The position numbers and the translations under genes are program-made. Of a DNA stretch of 64,000 nucleotides, positions 1-13,554 are shown piece after piece. The notes beneath the pieces are model-generated. The model saw only the letters and a list, made by a program, of their open reading frames with translations, was not told where the DNA came from and made no database searches. Where the stretch lies: the NCBI GenBank assembly GCA_016748015.1, contig JAAOMT010000316.1, positions 33,886-97,885 of the forward strand. Reading direction: 5' to 3'. Source of the stretch: Geosiphon pyriformis uo1 (Eukaryota > Fungi > Glomeromycota). Numbering within the stretch: the stretch's first letter is position 1; each line of letters opens with the position of its first letter.

Positions 1-1999
1 AAAAAGACTTTATTTGACTTATATTGTTTTTAGGTGCTTTTCATAAAGAGATAAATATGCTAAAAGCATTTGTTGAACTGAATTGGAATATTAATATAAA
101 ATACTTTGCACAATGTTAGATATATCAGAGTAAAAGTCAATTGTAGTTTTTTAAAAAATGTCCTAATTATCATAAGTCATAAGATTTAATATGTAATATA
201 TATAAACATATAATGGCTTCTAAATTAAAATGGCTATATGTTGTTTCTAAGAAAAATCTATTTGTTGAAGATTACTTAAAATGGGCCCAAAATAAAACAA
301 ATTTCACATTTAGATTAAAGTATAAACAAGTCTTTTTTTATTTATAAGCAATTATTAACTTTTGCACTGGAGTTTATTTCAATAGATCTTTATTAAAACT
401 CACAACTAGACAAATGTTTGCACCAATTTGGTCTGCTCAGTGCCATTCTATTTACCAATTAATTAAAATTGTTAATAAAGAACAATAACTACAATTGAAA
501 CCTGAAGTTTGCAAGCTAATTCAAAAAAAAATTGTAATTTTTTGATCTAAACTTTCAAATTAATATCAAGACTATAATGCAATACTTAAAGAAATTAACA
601 AAACACTCAAATTATTGATTTTTTTTACACTTTTTACAATGGCATTGGGAAATTGTAGCACATAACTGTATCAGATTTAAGAGATTGTGTACTAACTTTT
701 TTAATGTTATTGGATATTCTAAAAGTAAAATATACAGATTTCATATATGTCTTAGCTTTATTGCTAAATCAAATTAATTTCAAGTTCAAATAAAAAAGAC
801 ACAGTTTGTAAATTCAAATGCTCTAATTGTGTTTTTTGTAATATTGGCCATAAATGAATATTAATTAAAGAAATAAAAAAATTCAGTAAAATTGCACAAA
901 TGAAAAAAATAAACTTTTTTAAAGCAAGATAAATTAAAAAAACATTATTAAATATTCGGAAACCAATTCTAATAACAAGTGAAGAAACAGATTATCAAAA
1001 AATATAAATTTATTAATAAAATCACAACTATTATTTATTATTAACTCTCTAATATTTCTTTTAAATAATCATATTTTCAAAGCTTATCAAGTTAATCATG
1101 TAACAGCCTAATAAATATCTTTCAAGAAGTTAGAAATATATTGTATTGTGTACAGTTTTGTTTATATTGGGTTGGGTATATTACCATTTATAATTGGCAT
1201 TTTTAAAACATAATATGTTGAGTCTAAGTCCGAATTTCTATTCTGCATAATTATGTTTAGATTATGAAAAGCATTCAACACAAATTTATTTGTCCCAAAA
1301 AAGTTGATTTTTAATATATCTTTAAAACTATCAGTCAAACTTTTGCTCGCTAATACTAAATATTAGTCAAATAATAAATATGATTGTTAGTATGAAGCTC
1401 TTTTTTAATCATAAATGTCAAAGTTGGTGTAAAAATGTATTTATTGGGTATATATTAGAATTTTTATGCTCTGAGTTTTATTACTGATCACATTTTTCTT
1501 TCTAAGAAAAAGTAAATTCAAACTCTGTTCTTAGTTAATTTGCTTAAGCAATGTTCTATTAATAAACTTGTTCTCAGAGGATCCTATTGGGCCATTATTC
1601 TCACTTGTAGGTCTATTAATTTCTTCTTCTAATATGGAGAAAAAGTAATCTTGTTAGCTAAAATTTGATTCAAAGTAACTTTATCAATACCCACAGCAAC
1701 AGTTTCCAAAGCACTATCAGCCTCTAAAGCACTACTAGTCTTTAAAACACTAAGAGCAACAATACTGTATTATATATTAACTATTATTAAAACTTTCATA
1801 ATACCCACAAACAACAAGTCAGATATAATAGTTCTATTATTGTCTTTTAATAGTAGTGGTGACTTATAAAGAAGAAAAGTAATTGAATATTGTAATATTT
1901 CAGAAATTTTGTTTAATATTTTATGATTATTTTCAGAAATTTCTCTAATTTTTTTTACTATCATAAAAAAAATGATTTCTATTGACAAATTGGGAAATC

Positions 2000-4557
2000 T
2001 CTCTGACTGTAGTTAGTTTATAAATTGTTGTGTCATAATACTGTTTACTAACTTACTATTAAGAATTAGCTTAATAAATTGGCCATTAATATTGGTATCT
2101 ATGTGCATTACAGTGATTAGTTTAGTATTAAGAACAACTTTACTAAATAAAAGTGTTGTTGCTGATTCTTCTAATTTGAAAAAAAAATGACTACAAGTAA
2201 TTTGTTTTTAGTAATTATTGCTGGTAAAATATTGTTGGTAAATAGTGTTAAATTGGTTTTTAAGTTGTTGGATAAATTGTTTTTTAAAGTAACTAAAAGA
2301 CTTAAATAGTTTTGCAAATTCAGATTTTGGGTGTACCTACTTTTTAAATTTTTTAAATGCAATTTTGATGTCTAATTTAAAGAACTAAAAATTGGTTGAT
2401 ACATAATTATTGCCAATTTTTAGGCTTGTTAGATATGTATAATTTTCAGTTTTTGGTTTCTGATTAACATTTGAGCTTAGTTTTGTGATAATGTTTAAAT
2501 TTGTTAAGGTTGATAAATAATTTGTGACTGCAGCTAATATATTATCAGTACTGGAATCTAATATATTAAAAGTGAATATATTAGTTGTTGTATTATTTAA
2601 GAATAATATAACTAATATAGATATAATCTTAATGACAAATTGTTAGTATAGTTCTAATTTGAAACCTGTGATCAAAGTTTTAATATTGATTTTCTGATTG
2701 TTAGTTATTAAATCTAGAACAGCAATTTGCTTTTGGATGGCTTTGTTTACCATAATAGTAACAATTATGCATTTTTTGTTGTTATAGTTAATTTGATGAT
2801 AATGAACATAATGGATTTTGGAAGTAATTAAAGTTTTCTGAATTGTTAAAATTTTAAGAAAACTAATAAATTGCTTAATTGTTAACTAAGTATCTCTTTA
2901 ATTTTTGATTAATAAAGTCACTGAATTGTTTCAATTTAGAATTCAATTCAGATAATCTATTCATTACTAGATTTATAACTTGGGCATAATTGGTTTTGAG
3001 TTTAGCCAATTCAAAATTTCTGGGATGTGTAACTGTATTTTAGAAAGTATTTGAGTATATTAGACATAATTATTATAAAAAATTACTGCATAATTCACAA
3101 ATAAATTGATTCAGAATTTGTGATACTGTAAAATAGTTGGTATTAATTGCTTGAATTTGGCACAAATTTTTGTGGAAACATTCCAAGTAAATAGTAACTG
3201 CTTTAATATTATTTTGTTTAATTGTAGTAAAACTAGTTAATAAGTGATTAATACTATTATTATTGCTAAAATATTATAGAAATATGGTTTTGAATATGTT
3301 AAAATTTTGGGATTTGTTTACAAAATTTTAATATCATAAGTTAATAGTATCTTGTAAAAAGTAGAAAATTGTTTAAAAAACTTTGGTGTTATTTTATCTG
3401 TTGACTGTAATGGCTTTTGTTATATTGTTTAGTTATGCTTGAACATTGTTTTCTTTGTCAGTAAATTTCTTGAATTTAACAATAGATATATATGTTATTA
3501 GTGCAAATTATTGTTATTATTGTTGTTATTGTGTGGTAATTGATACAATTGGTGGATTAATTATAATAATTAAAGGTAAATTTTACTGAAAAATAAGAGT
3601 AAAATTTGGATTGTTCAGGTTTTATGGAGTTTGAGCAATTAGAGTTTGTATTTTTAGATTATTTAAAATTGGATTTTAATTATTATTTCCCTAATTACTG
3701 TCTTTTTTTTTCTGATTTAGTATCTTCTTAATAACTAGTAAATCTGAAATTTGGTTAAGATATTAGTAATTAAAGTTTTAATAGTATTGTTGATTACAAT
3801 TTAAATCCTTTAAAGAAATTATTATAAGTTCTTAATAATTTGGCTTTTTTTGATTATTTTGAAATAGTACTTTAGATAATGGTGTTTTTGCCATTAATAT
3901 TGATATAGATTCAGATAATATGTGTTTTTACTTTTTGGTATATGATAATATAACAAGTAAATAGATAAAATAACTCTTGGTTTTTTTCAAATAAACAGTT
4001 GTATTTTCTTTAATAAATTCTGCTGGAGTTTGTAATTTCTCTTTATCTGTGAAGATAATAGGAAATTTCTGCTGGGTGTACTTTTTAATTTTTCAATTTA
4101 TCTTTGTAATTAGTGGGACAAACAGATAGTTTAGTGGAAAAATAGTGATTTGTAATAATTTATTATAGAAATTTTTGAGAACAACTTTTAGATCTTTTTG
4201 GTTTCTTAAGTAAGATTTAATTTTTTTATTAATGTAAAAATTAAAAGCTAATTTTGCTGGCCAATAGTTATTTGTTAGTTCAAGATGAGTTTAGTAATGT
4301 TAAAATAAGAATTTTGCAAATTTTAAATGATTTTTTCTTATGATTTTTTGGTCTGCCACTTTTTTAAATAGTCAATATTAGTGCTAGTTTTCTGTTGAAT
4401 TATATTTTACAAGAAGCAACAAATATTACAAGTGATTATTTGGGGTGTTAAAACAAATAACAAATCTGTAACTTGATGCTCAATAGCTAATAATATAAAT
4501 AATTTCTAAAAATTTTGGTTGAGTTCTTTGTATTATAAATAAAAATTTAATTGATAG
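2000..4557 (-). mobile_element. Degenerate Ty3/Gypsy retrotransposon relic (gag + truncated aspartic protease), interrupted by the element at 4558-15141; probably continues at 15142-~15300
   Basis: Minus-strand translation of ~3070-3480 reads as decayed Retrotrans_gag (KFT.KENNVQA*LN..KAITVN..YFLQDT..FKT.FL*YFSNNNSIN..FTTIKQ..AVT.YL..FH..L.QIQAI..ILNQFI). ~2020-2130 reads ITVMHIDTNINGQFIKLILNS, a protease lead-in with the D-S-G motif mutated. Many stops; left boundary uncertain. Confidence 0.75.
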
Positions 4558-5519
4558 TGTTATTAGTAGAATTTTAGCTATTAATTAACATGAAATTACT
4601 CTTCTAATCTTTAGTATTAATTAGTATATATTATTATTATTTCAATTATTACTTATTAGTTAATTAAATTATCAAATATTATCATTTAATTAATAACCTG
4701 ATTTGTATTATAGAAATTAAGATGATTAAATTACACAATACTCTAAACTATTTAACATAGTCAAATTCGCCAAAATTAATAAAAATTAGCCGAAATAATC
4801 AATAGTTCATAGAAATAATTTGTAGTTCACTGAAATGTATTTTTAGTTTGCCAAAATTATAGCAAAGAGAAAAATACAAATTCAAAGACTAGTATTATAA
4901 CAAATTGTATAAAAAAAGAGCTTTTTTCTTCAAAAAAATATATCTTATCATAGTATTTTACTTTAGATATTTTATTTAGAACAAATCATTTCTTATATAT
5001 TCTTACAAAATCAAATAAAAATTAAATATTTAAAAACCAAATTCTTAATTATTATACTTGAAATTCACAAAAACCCAACTAACATTTTAAAATTAATTAG
5101 CTACTAATTTCAATAATCTGTTAGTGACTTCAGGTTTGAATAGAAAATATTTCTCTTAATAGAACTTTATTTCTTTTATATTTTTTTATTTTTTTATTTT
5201 TTTTTATTATAATTATTAGGAAGCCTACAAACAAGATTTCTGTAGAAAAATTGACTTTTACAGCAAAGTAACTGCAGATTTAGTAAGCTTTCAGATAAGC
5301 AATTCCTAGGAAAGAGTTGACATTTACTACAACATAATTATATAAAGTTATTGACATGGAATTGGTTATTCTATTTATAAACTCAGCAGTTCAAATTATA
5401 GAAGACAATTTGAAGATAAATTCAGTTATTAAAGGTCCAACTACTTCCAAAAAATGTAGATTCATAACCAACAGGCATTAACAACATTTAAGAAAAGAGA
5501 CCAAAAACCTTTGGTAACA
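4558..5519 (+). repeat. 5' LTR (~962 bp)
   Basis: Starts TGTTATTAGTAGAATTTTAGC, ends GGTAACA; colinear with 14200-15141. Confidence 0.92.
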
Positions 5520-5537
5520 TTTGGTGCTCTTCCACAG
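5520..5537 (+). promoter_or_regulatory. Putative primer-binding site
   Basis: TTTGGTGCTCTTCCACAG directly after the LTR end. TGG pairs with tRNA 3' CCA (a tRNA ending ...GAGCACCA); tRNA identity not determined. Confidence 0.6.
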
Positions 5538-6269
5538 AAACAACACAACAACAACAAAATTTAAAATGACAACTACAGCAGACACAATAACTCTAGAGTA
5601 TTATCAGTCAATTTACACTTACTCAAGCAAAGATTTAACATTCAAGACAGAATTGAAGTTTTCAAGAAATCACTATACTAATATATTGAAAACTGTATCA
5701 ACAATTATTTTTTTAGAAATTACAACATTTCAGAAGTTAAAAGCAATCTCTACAATAATTTATTGCATTATTTACAATTGGAAACTGAAGACCTTAACAA
5801 TGAAACACTTGACATCTACTTCCAAGAACTCAACTTTAATATTATTCAGTATTATAAAAAAAAATACCCAGTACAATTTAAATACTCTATTGACTTTGAA
5901 TTAGAACCAAAAAACAGCAACAACAGAAAACAGAAGGAGAAACTTTGAGTTAGTTATACAATTCACAATACACAAAAAACAACTACCAAACACTTGTAAA
6001 CATTTAAACAAGAAATTAGTATTAAATTACCACTTTTTATTACACTATTTTCAATTTTATTTGCTTAATTACAAACACCAAATTTACTACATATCTATTT
6101 CTCAAAATTAGAAGATTTTTAGTCACTTAAAAGTCCTATTTAACAGCAGAAATCAATATTAACCAGCACCAATCTTCTTAATTACTTAAAAAAAATCAAA
6201 GAGAATCTAAAAAGTGAAAAAACCAATACAGAACAAGAAAAAACCACTGAAAATAAAGAAGAAATAACA

Positions 6270-7030
6270 ACTGCTTATATTGCAAAGATTTCAGAATTCA
6301 CTGGTAAAAATAATAGTACCAGCCCTCAAAAATGGTTTAACAAAGTTTCAAAAACAGAAGATGCAAATGGATAAAACATAGTAAGAATGCTCAAAGCAAT
6401 CTCATATTTTCTCTAAAGAATAACCAAAAAATGGTTTAAAAACTTAGAGGAACCTTTTAAAAACTGGTAAGCATTCAAAAATGCTTTCTTATAATAATTT
6501 ACTGACAACAACACATCTATTACACTCTAAAACTATTTCTAAAACATTAAGCAAAAACCATCTAAATCTGTTATAACCTATCTTAAAAAATTCAACAAAC
6601 TTTTTTAATGAATTTAACAATTTAAAACCAATGACTATTATTTCAATGCTCAGATTCTAGATCAGTTTATTTTAGAATTAAAAAATAAACTAATCAAGAA
6701 AGTTTATCTACACGCCCCAGCAGACTTAGCAACAATTATTTGACATGTAAAGAACTATAAAATGGTAATAGAAAAAGCAAACCACACTAAGCTTATAAAT
6801 CTTGCTATTAGAAAAACCAGCTTAACAGTTAAAAAAAAAATTAACCAACTCACAAAGAAGGTCAAAAATTATTTTACCAATTAACAACAACAGCAACAAC
6901 CACAAAAATATTAGCCACTTCAATGACATAATCAAAATAACTATTCTTTATTATTTAACAATTAACCATAAAGCTGTTACTATTGTAAAATTCCAAGATA
7001 TTGAAAATGAGATTGTAGAAAATTACAACA
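6270..7030 (+). pseudogene. gag: gag (Retrotrans_gag + CCHC zinc knuckle), degenerate
   Basis: IAKISEFTG..SPQKWFNKVSK..DANG*..MLKAISYFL..WFKNLEEPF..FTDNNTSITL..ILDQFI; knuckle CYYCKIPRY*K*DCRK at ~6975-7020. Confidence 0.8.
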
Positions 7031-7579
7031 AGACAACAAAACAAGAGCAATTAACGTTATTCTTTACTACAGCAATCTTATTACCAACCTCCACTATTAA
7101 CTTATTACCCAACAAAATCACAAAATCAAAACAGTTACTATTAATCTGCTTTACAACCAATGCAATAACAATATTAACAACTTTTACCAGTTCAGCAATA
7201 TCAATCACCATCCACTCAACAATATCAAATATCTGCTTAAAGATTAGTTTATCAAAACCAACTCACATCTTAAAATCAATTTCAGAATAATAACAACAGA
7301 ATCAATTCAAACAACTAATTAGTTCTCCGAAATTCTGGTCAGCAAAGACCCAATTACTACTACACTCAATCCAGTTATTTCACAATATCTGAAGAATTGA
7401 ATTTTCAACAGACTACACTTTTTGAAAATAAAACTACAGTACCAAAACAAAACCCTTCTAATAATACAATTTTACCAACCCAAATTGCCTAAAATGCCAA
7501 CTTTTCAGATATATTTCTATTCAAATTTGAAATCAATGAATTACCATCTCTATTTAGCAATACAGCAATTAATAAACAA

Positions 7580-7965
7580 AAAGCAATTACAGCAATGTAT
7601 ACTAAAGCTGAAGTAGAAAAAAAATCAATTTGATTGATTTTAAACAATAGATCTGCTGGTAGTATTATTACCTACCAACTAATACAACAACTTCAATAAA
7701 CTGTTGACAGATCTGTTCAAATAGTTATTGTTACAGCAGATGGCATAAAAAAAACTTTATAAAAAAAATTGTCAATTTTTTTTTTACAATTAATGAAATC
7801 ACTATTCCAATTAAAGTTCTTGTTATAGATGCACCCCAATATTAAGCTTTTGTTAGAAATAATTGGCTTCTCAAAGCCAATACAAATCTAGATTGAGAAA
7901 CCCAAGAACTAAAAATTTCATACCAAGAACAATACACTAGAGTATTTGCCATCTGTAGTATTTTC
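7580..7965 (+). pseudogene. Retropepsin-like aspartic protease, degenerate
   Basis: AITAMYTKAEV..LILNNRSAGSIITYQL (decayed LDSGSAGS), ..IPIKVLVIDAPQY*AFVRNNWL. Confidence 0.75.
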
Positions 7966-8879
7966 AATAAACAATCTAAAAAAGCCCCAGTATTCAAATT
8001 TGAAGAGAAAAATGAAATACCAATTACTAAAACCTTTATGGTTCTTGAATCAATATCCAATTGGGTTAAGGAAACAGAACAAAAAATCTTTAAAGAAACT
8101 AGAGGATAAAATGTAGTTAAATACTTTACACCAGAATTACAAAAACAACCACTCTATATTCTACTCAAATACAAAAATTGCAAGAAAAAACTTTTATCAA
8201 TAAGAGCGTACATATTCTCAAAAGAAAAATATGAAACACACACTTGTTACTTTTGTAAAGCATGTTATAAAAAATAATTTGAATACCTCAAACAAAATAA
8301 AAAATAGAACAACACTTCTTGTTTTACATGTGAAGATATGTTATTAGAAGAATACAATTAGATTGATATTGCTATAAGAAGAAGAGTATGTAATCAAACC
8401 TGCCAATATGCTCTATTAATTTCGAAAAAAGTCAGAAGAAAAACACTTTTTGATGCAGTATATAATAGTGTTTTCAACAAACTCTATTACTACCTTCATA
8501 ATGCTAAAATGATTTTTGACTTAACAATAGCTTTAATCAATAAAGCCATACAAAAAAATGTTTGCCAAATGAAAAAAGCTGAATATATTAAATACACTAT
8601 GTAATTAACTGGATTCAACTATAAAAATGAAGTAAAAACATACCAACAAATTACAAGTCACACTTATTCAATCCAAAAAGCTCAAATTCAATGATTAAAA
8701 CAAATAAATATTTAATTGTGTGAAGAATGTATCATGTCTTGTAATGACAAATGATGTCTGGAATGCTATGCTTTTAGCATTTTCTTGTCTAGTAAAAATA
8801 ACCAGAAGAAAATTAAGTTTGGAGAATCTAAGCCAGAAAAAAAAATTGCAACAACTCCAATTTATCTTACTGAAAATTA

Positions 8880-9325
8880 ACCAGCTCTATAACTTAAATA
8901 TTTTGACAACAATAGTCAAAGAATTAAGCCTGAAAAAGCTCATAAAATTGATGCAGAATATGACTTACAATATTTCGGCAAGAATATCTTGGTTTTTTAA
9001 CCAAAATCTCTTACTAAAATCAATCTTAGAATTGCTCTTGAAATACTACCAGAAGCAATGGTACAAATTGCTTTCCAATTATTATTGGCAAGCAAAAAAA
9101 TCAATATTAGAAAAGGAGTTATAGATGCAGAATACACTAAAAACATTACCATTATGCTACAGAATAAAACTAAAAAACTATTTAAAATAGAACATATTAA
9201 AAAGATTGCTTAAGCAATTTATTTACTTTTAATCAACATTTCAGAGTTACAATTAGTTAATAACAGAGAACAATTAGGCAAAAATAAAAGAAGAATACAA
9301 AGTTTTGGTTCAACTAAACAATTCA
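8880..9325 (+). pseudogene. dut: Trimeric dUTPase domain within pol, degenerate
   Basis: PEKAHKIDAEYDL (motif 1, DAGYDL), QIAS.LLLASK (motif 2), KGVIDAEYT (motif 3, GVIDxDY), KIA*AI (motif 4, RIAQ), RRIQSFGST (motif 5, RGxxGFGSTG), in correct order and spacing. Confidence 0.85.
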
Positions 9326-9616
9326 CAGTTTCAGTAAATATAGTCCTTAATGCATAGATTAAATCTTACCAGATTTTTTAACTTTTCCAACCAATTATCA
9401 TATTACTTTTTGGAGAATATCACGAGATCTACACTTGCTTAAAACCTACTACCACTCAACAAATCTTTGAATCTAATAAACAAATCTGTTTAAAGTATGA
9501 AATCTTAATTTCAAATGTCTATATACCAAAAAAAATAAAAAAATTTTGAGTCACTTTCTACAACCCCAACAATTACCCCATTATTTTATTAAACAAATTA
9601 AAAATTGGAATTATAC

Positions 9617-10285
9617 TATTATGGATTGGAGCAATAAGCTAATAGATAGCAAAAAAAAATAAGGTTGTAAGGTAATAAAAGGAATTAAAGAGAGAATTAG
9701 AATAAAAGAGCAAATTGAATAAGTAAGAATTCAATGTGCATAATCAGTCTCATAAAAATTACAGTTGCAAATTTTTTCTGGAAATCTGAAAGTAGAAAAA
9801 TAATTCATAATTGTCAACAAAATAACACTGCTGCTATTATTCTATGTCTTAACTTGGCAATTTTTAAAATCAATAACAGGTGTTATTGTGCTTTTCAATT
9901 ATTTTTTATTTAATAAATCACAAAAGCAAGTAATTGCTTCTTAGACTAATTCTAACAAATACAAATCAAGAAAAGAAAAAATAAAATATGTAAATACCAA
10001 AAAGTAATTTTTTATTCTAAGATGTTCAGATACTTGGATGTAAGAAAAAGAAAATAAGCAATATAAGAAAAAGTAATTGATAGTAAGTTTTATTTTGTTA
10101 CTTTAATTATGTTTTTTACAGCCAAGAGACTTATTGCTTATATAGTTATTGAAAGTGGTTAATGATAAGGTTAATAACTAGGTCAATAATCAAATTAATA
10201 ATTAGGTTAATAATCAAGTCAATAGTCAAGTCATTGATTAGATTAATAATTACTATCTAAAAATAAAATAACTAATTATATAACA
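9617..10285. mobile_element. Candidate ~670 bp insertion (solo-LTR-like) inside pol between dUTPase and RT
   Basis: Abrupt compositional change and loss of coding pattern. Ends T(A/G)TTAT...ATAACA; internal ~12-bp tandem repeat GGTYAATAATCA at ~10157-10250. No clean TSD seen. Confidence 0.35.
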
Positions 10286-10529
10286 TCAATGGCTAATACA
10301 TATAATAACTAATAAAAAGTATGAGTTCTAACTATAACAATACATAGCAATATCTTTCAAGATGAAAACTTTTAAATTGTTTCTAATTTCATTAAAATTA
10401 TAAGACATATCCTACTTTCTAACCAAAATACTATTTCTACTACTAAAAACTACTATTTTTTGGAGAAAAAACTCTCTTGAATCAATATAGATTTCTTAAA
10501 ACAATTATAATAAAAACAATAAAAACAGC

Positions 10530-11420
10530 TAATTGTTAAATACGCTGATATATTTGTCAAAAATAACAATAATTTTGGAAAAACTAATATTATTTAACAT
10601 CAGATCTACACAAATGATGCTCTACTAAAATGTTAACAAGCTTATTAAGTGCTATCTGCCAACCACCAATTCATTAAAAAAGAAGTTCAAAGAATGTTCA
10701 ATAATAGATTGATTCAACTATTAAGAAGTTTTTGGGCCTTACCAGTAGTTCTAATTAAAATAAAAAATGAAAAAATCAGATTTTGTGTCAACTATTACTA
10801 ATTAAACAGTGTGATAATTAAAAATGTTTACTCTCTTTCAAAAATTGATGACATGCTAAATGCTTTAAGAAAAGCCAAGTTTTTTTCAACTTTAGACTAA
10901 AAAAATAAATATTAGCAAGTCGAAATAGACCCAAAAGATTGCTCCAAAACAGCATTTACTATTCAAGAAAAAAACTATGAATTTAACATTATGTTTTTTA
11001 GACTTTGCAATGCATTAGCAACATTTTAGTAACTTATAGATGTTGTATATAAAAGACTCTTATGGCAATTAGTAATTGTTAATTTTAATGATACTGATGT
11101 ATATTCATCAAGCTTTAAAGCTCATCTTATTTATCTGTGAAAAGTTTTTCAATAATTATAAAAAGCAGAATTGAAGTTGAACATTAAGAAATGTTACTTT
11201 AAAAAAACAAGTTTAATTTTTCTTGAACATATTGTTAGCAAAGATAGAATTAAACCAAATTCAGGAACAATTAGTGCTGTTAAAAACTTTCAAACTCTCC
11301 AAAATACCACAAATTATAAAAATTTGTAGGATTAGTCTTCTATTATCAAATATTTATCAAAAAAATTTCAGAAATTGCCAAACCACTCAATTATTTTACC
11401 AACAAAAATGTGTTATATTA
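10530..11420 (+). pseudogene. Reverse transcriptase, degenerate
   Basis: W.LPVVLIK..KIRFCVNYY*LN (~10780), FSTLD (~10885), KTAFTIQ, YEFNIMFFRLCNALATF, VNFNDT (decayed YxDD, ~11080), LKLNIKKCYF, FLEHIVS. Confidence 0.88.
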
Positions 11421-11469
11421 ATGGACTGAAAAACAACAGAAAGTCTTTGAAACTCTTAAAACAAAATTG

Positions 11470-11880
11470 ATAACAGCCCCAGTTTTTATTTACCCAAACT
11501 TTAACAAATAATTCTAACTAGGCACTGATGTTTTACACATAGCATTTGGTGCTATCTTATCACAATTGGATAAAAATAGCCAAAAAAAAGTCATTGTCTA
11601 TGCCAATAAAACACTTAAATTAACAAAACTCAAATATGGCTTGACAGAATTAAAAGCTGCCACAGTCATTTGGGCTCTTAAACACTTTCAACAATATCTA
11701 AAGAATAGAAAAAAATTTGACATTATAATTAATAATATTGGTCTCAAATGGCTCAATAAAAAAAAACTGAACAAAATACCAAACAGTTTCAATAGAATAA
11801 TTTCTAGCAGATTATAAATATATTATATATCACAAACCAGAAAAACTACATACCAATATTAATAGTCTGTTAAGAATAAA
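11470..11880 (+). pseudogene. RNase H (Ty3/Gypsy type), degenerate
   Basis: APVFIYPNF..TDV.HIAFGAILSQL..VIVYANKTL..YGLTELKAATVIWALKHFQQYL; overlaps ORF 11566-11817. Confidence 0.85.
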
Positions 11881-12149
11881 ACAAGATTAATATTAACAGC
11901 AATCCCATCACAACTTAACAATCTATCAACAAATAATAATCAAACAATAATAAATAACAGAAATTACAACAATATTAAAAACTACTTGAAGACTCTTATC
12001 ATGCCAGAAAATTAATCTCCAAGTAAAAAAAATCGATTATAACATCAATTAAAACAATATTTCATATACCACAACAAAATTTATTATAAAAATCACAAAA
12101 ATTCAAACCAATCATTCAAATTAATACAAAAAAATAAAAAAAAAACAAT

Positions 12150-13200
12150 TTTATACAACATGTACACAGATTTTTTATCAGCACACTTGGAAAGAAATGG
12201 AACAATTCAAAGAATACTTGAACATTATTTTTGGTTCTTATACAAAAAAATATTTGATAATATGTAGAATCTTGTAATAACTGTTAAAAAAGAGGAGAAA
12301 TTTGCTCTACTGAACCACTAAATCCAATCAAAATTGGACAATCTTTTGACAGAATAGAAATTAATTTAGTCAGACCACTACCCATTACAATCCAAAAAAT
12401 TATTATATTATAGTTGTAGTAAATTATCTTACCAAATGGTTTGAAGTTAGAGCCATTCAAAAAGTAGATACAAAATTAATAGCAAATTTCATCTACAAAG
12501 ACATTATTTGTAGACATAGATATCCAATTAAACTTTTATCAAACCAAAAAACACACTTTGTGAACAATTTGATACAAGAAATTTGTGAATGATTCAATGT
12601 TAAAAGACCTCTATCATTATTTTATTACTCATAAACAAATAGACTTATAGAACATTTCAACAGAACATTATGTGAATTATTAGCCAAAGTCTCAACTGAT
12701 TTTGAGCAGAAATTAGATATCTTTATTCCATTAATATTACTAACATACAAAACACTAAAACAAGATATCATAAAACACATATCATTTAATCTTACTTATA
12801 AGAAAATAACAATACTACCAATAAATTTTACAGTAAAAACATATTCAGTACAACTTATTACTGAAGAAAACTTCCAAGAGACACTTTAACAAAGAGTTTA
12901 TATCCTGTTTAGCACTTTAAAAAAAAACAACAGATAGCAGCAACTCATATTAAACATTTTCAAACTCAACAAAAAAAATAGCACAATAACAAACTGCTAC
13001 CAGTCCCCAATGAATTTAAAGTTGGAAATAAAGTTTTCTTACACAGAATTAAGGCTGAAAAACAATAGAGTAGAAAATTTGAACATAAATAGGATGGACC
13101 ATTTTATATTCATAAAATCTTAGACAATAAATTATACAAGTTAAGACTTAATGACAAAGTATTCACAAAAGTTGCATATGGAGATTAATTAAAACATTAT
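12150..13200 (+). pseudogene. Integrase (HHCC zinc domain, catalytic core, GPF motif), degenerate
   Basis: AHLG..YFW..CNNC; SFDRIEINLVRPLP; YIIVVVNYLTKWFE; YYS*TNRLIEHFNRTL; FKVGNKVFL..*DGPF at ~13095. Confidence 0.85.
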
Positions 13201-13554
13201 CATTTCAAAAACAATTCTGAACCATTAATTCTACAATTTGGTATACATTTATCTTTAATTAATCTTGAAGATATTCTTTGAAATTTAGAACCAATAATTA
13301 TAATAGAATAACAACCAAACTTGAACACTTAATTTAATATTTTTACAATATTTCTTTAATAAAACACGAACATAAAACAAAAATAGTAAATAATTACAAG
13401 AAATATCCAAACCCAAAAACACATAAAATCTCTATACTCAAAAATAATTTTTTTATTCTTTTTAAATTCTTTTCAAATTTTTATTTATTCTTAAATTAGT
13501 TCTTTTTTTATCATAATTATTTTCCGAAATATTTAACAAATATTCCAAAAATTA

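Noticed and set aside
1-2000. Decayed coding-like sequence left of the outer Gypsy relic
   Set aside because: Probably another mutated repeat, but no domain could be recognised with confidence.
13100-13330. Chromodomain at the integrase C-terminus
   Set aside because: No recognisable chromodomain motif after the GPF region.
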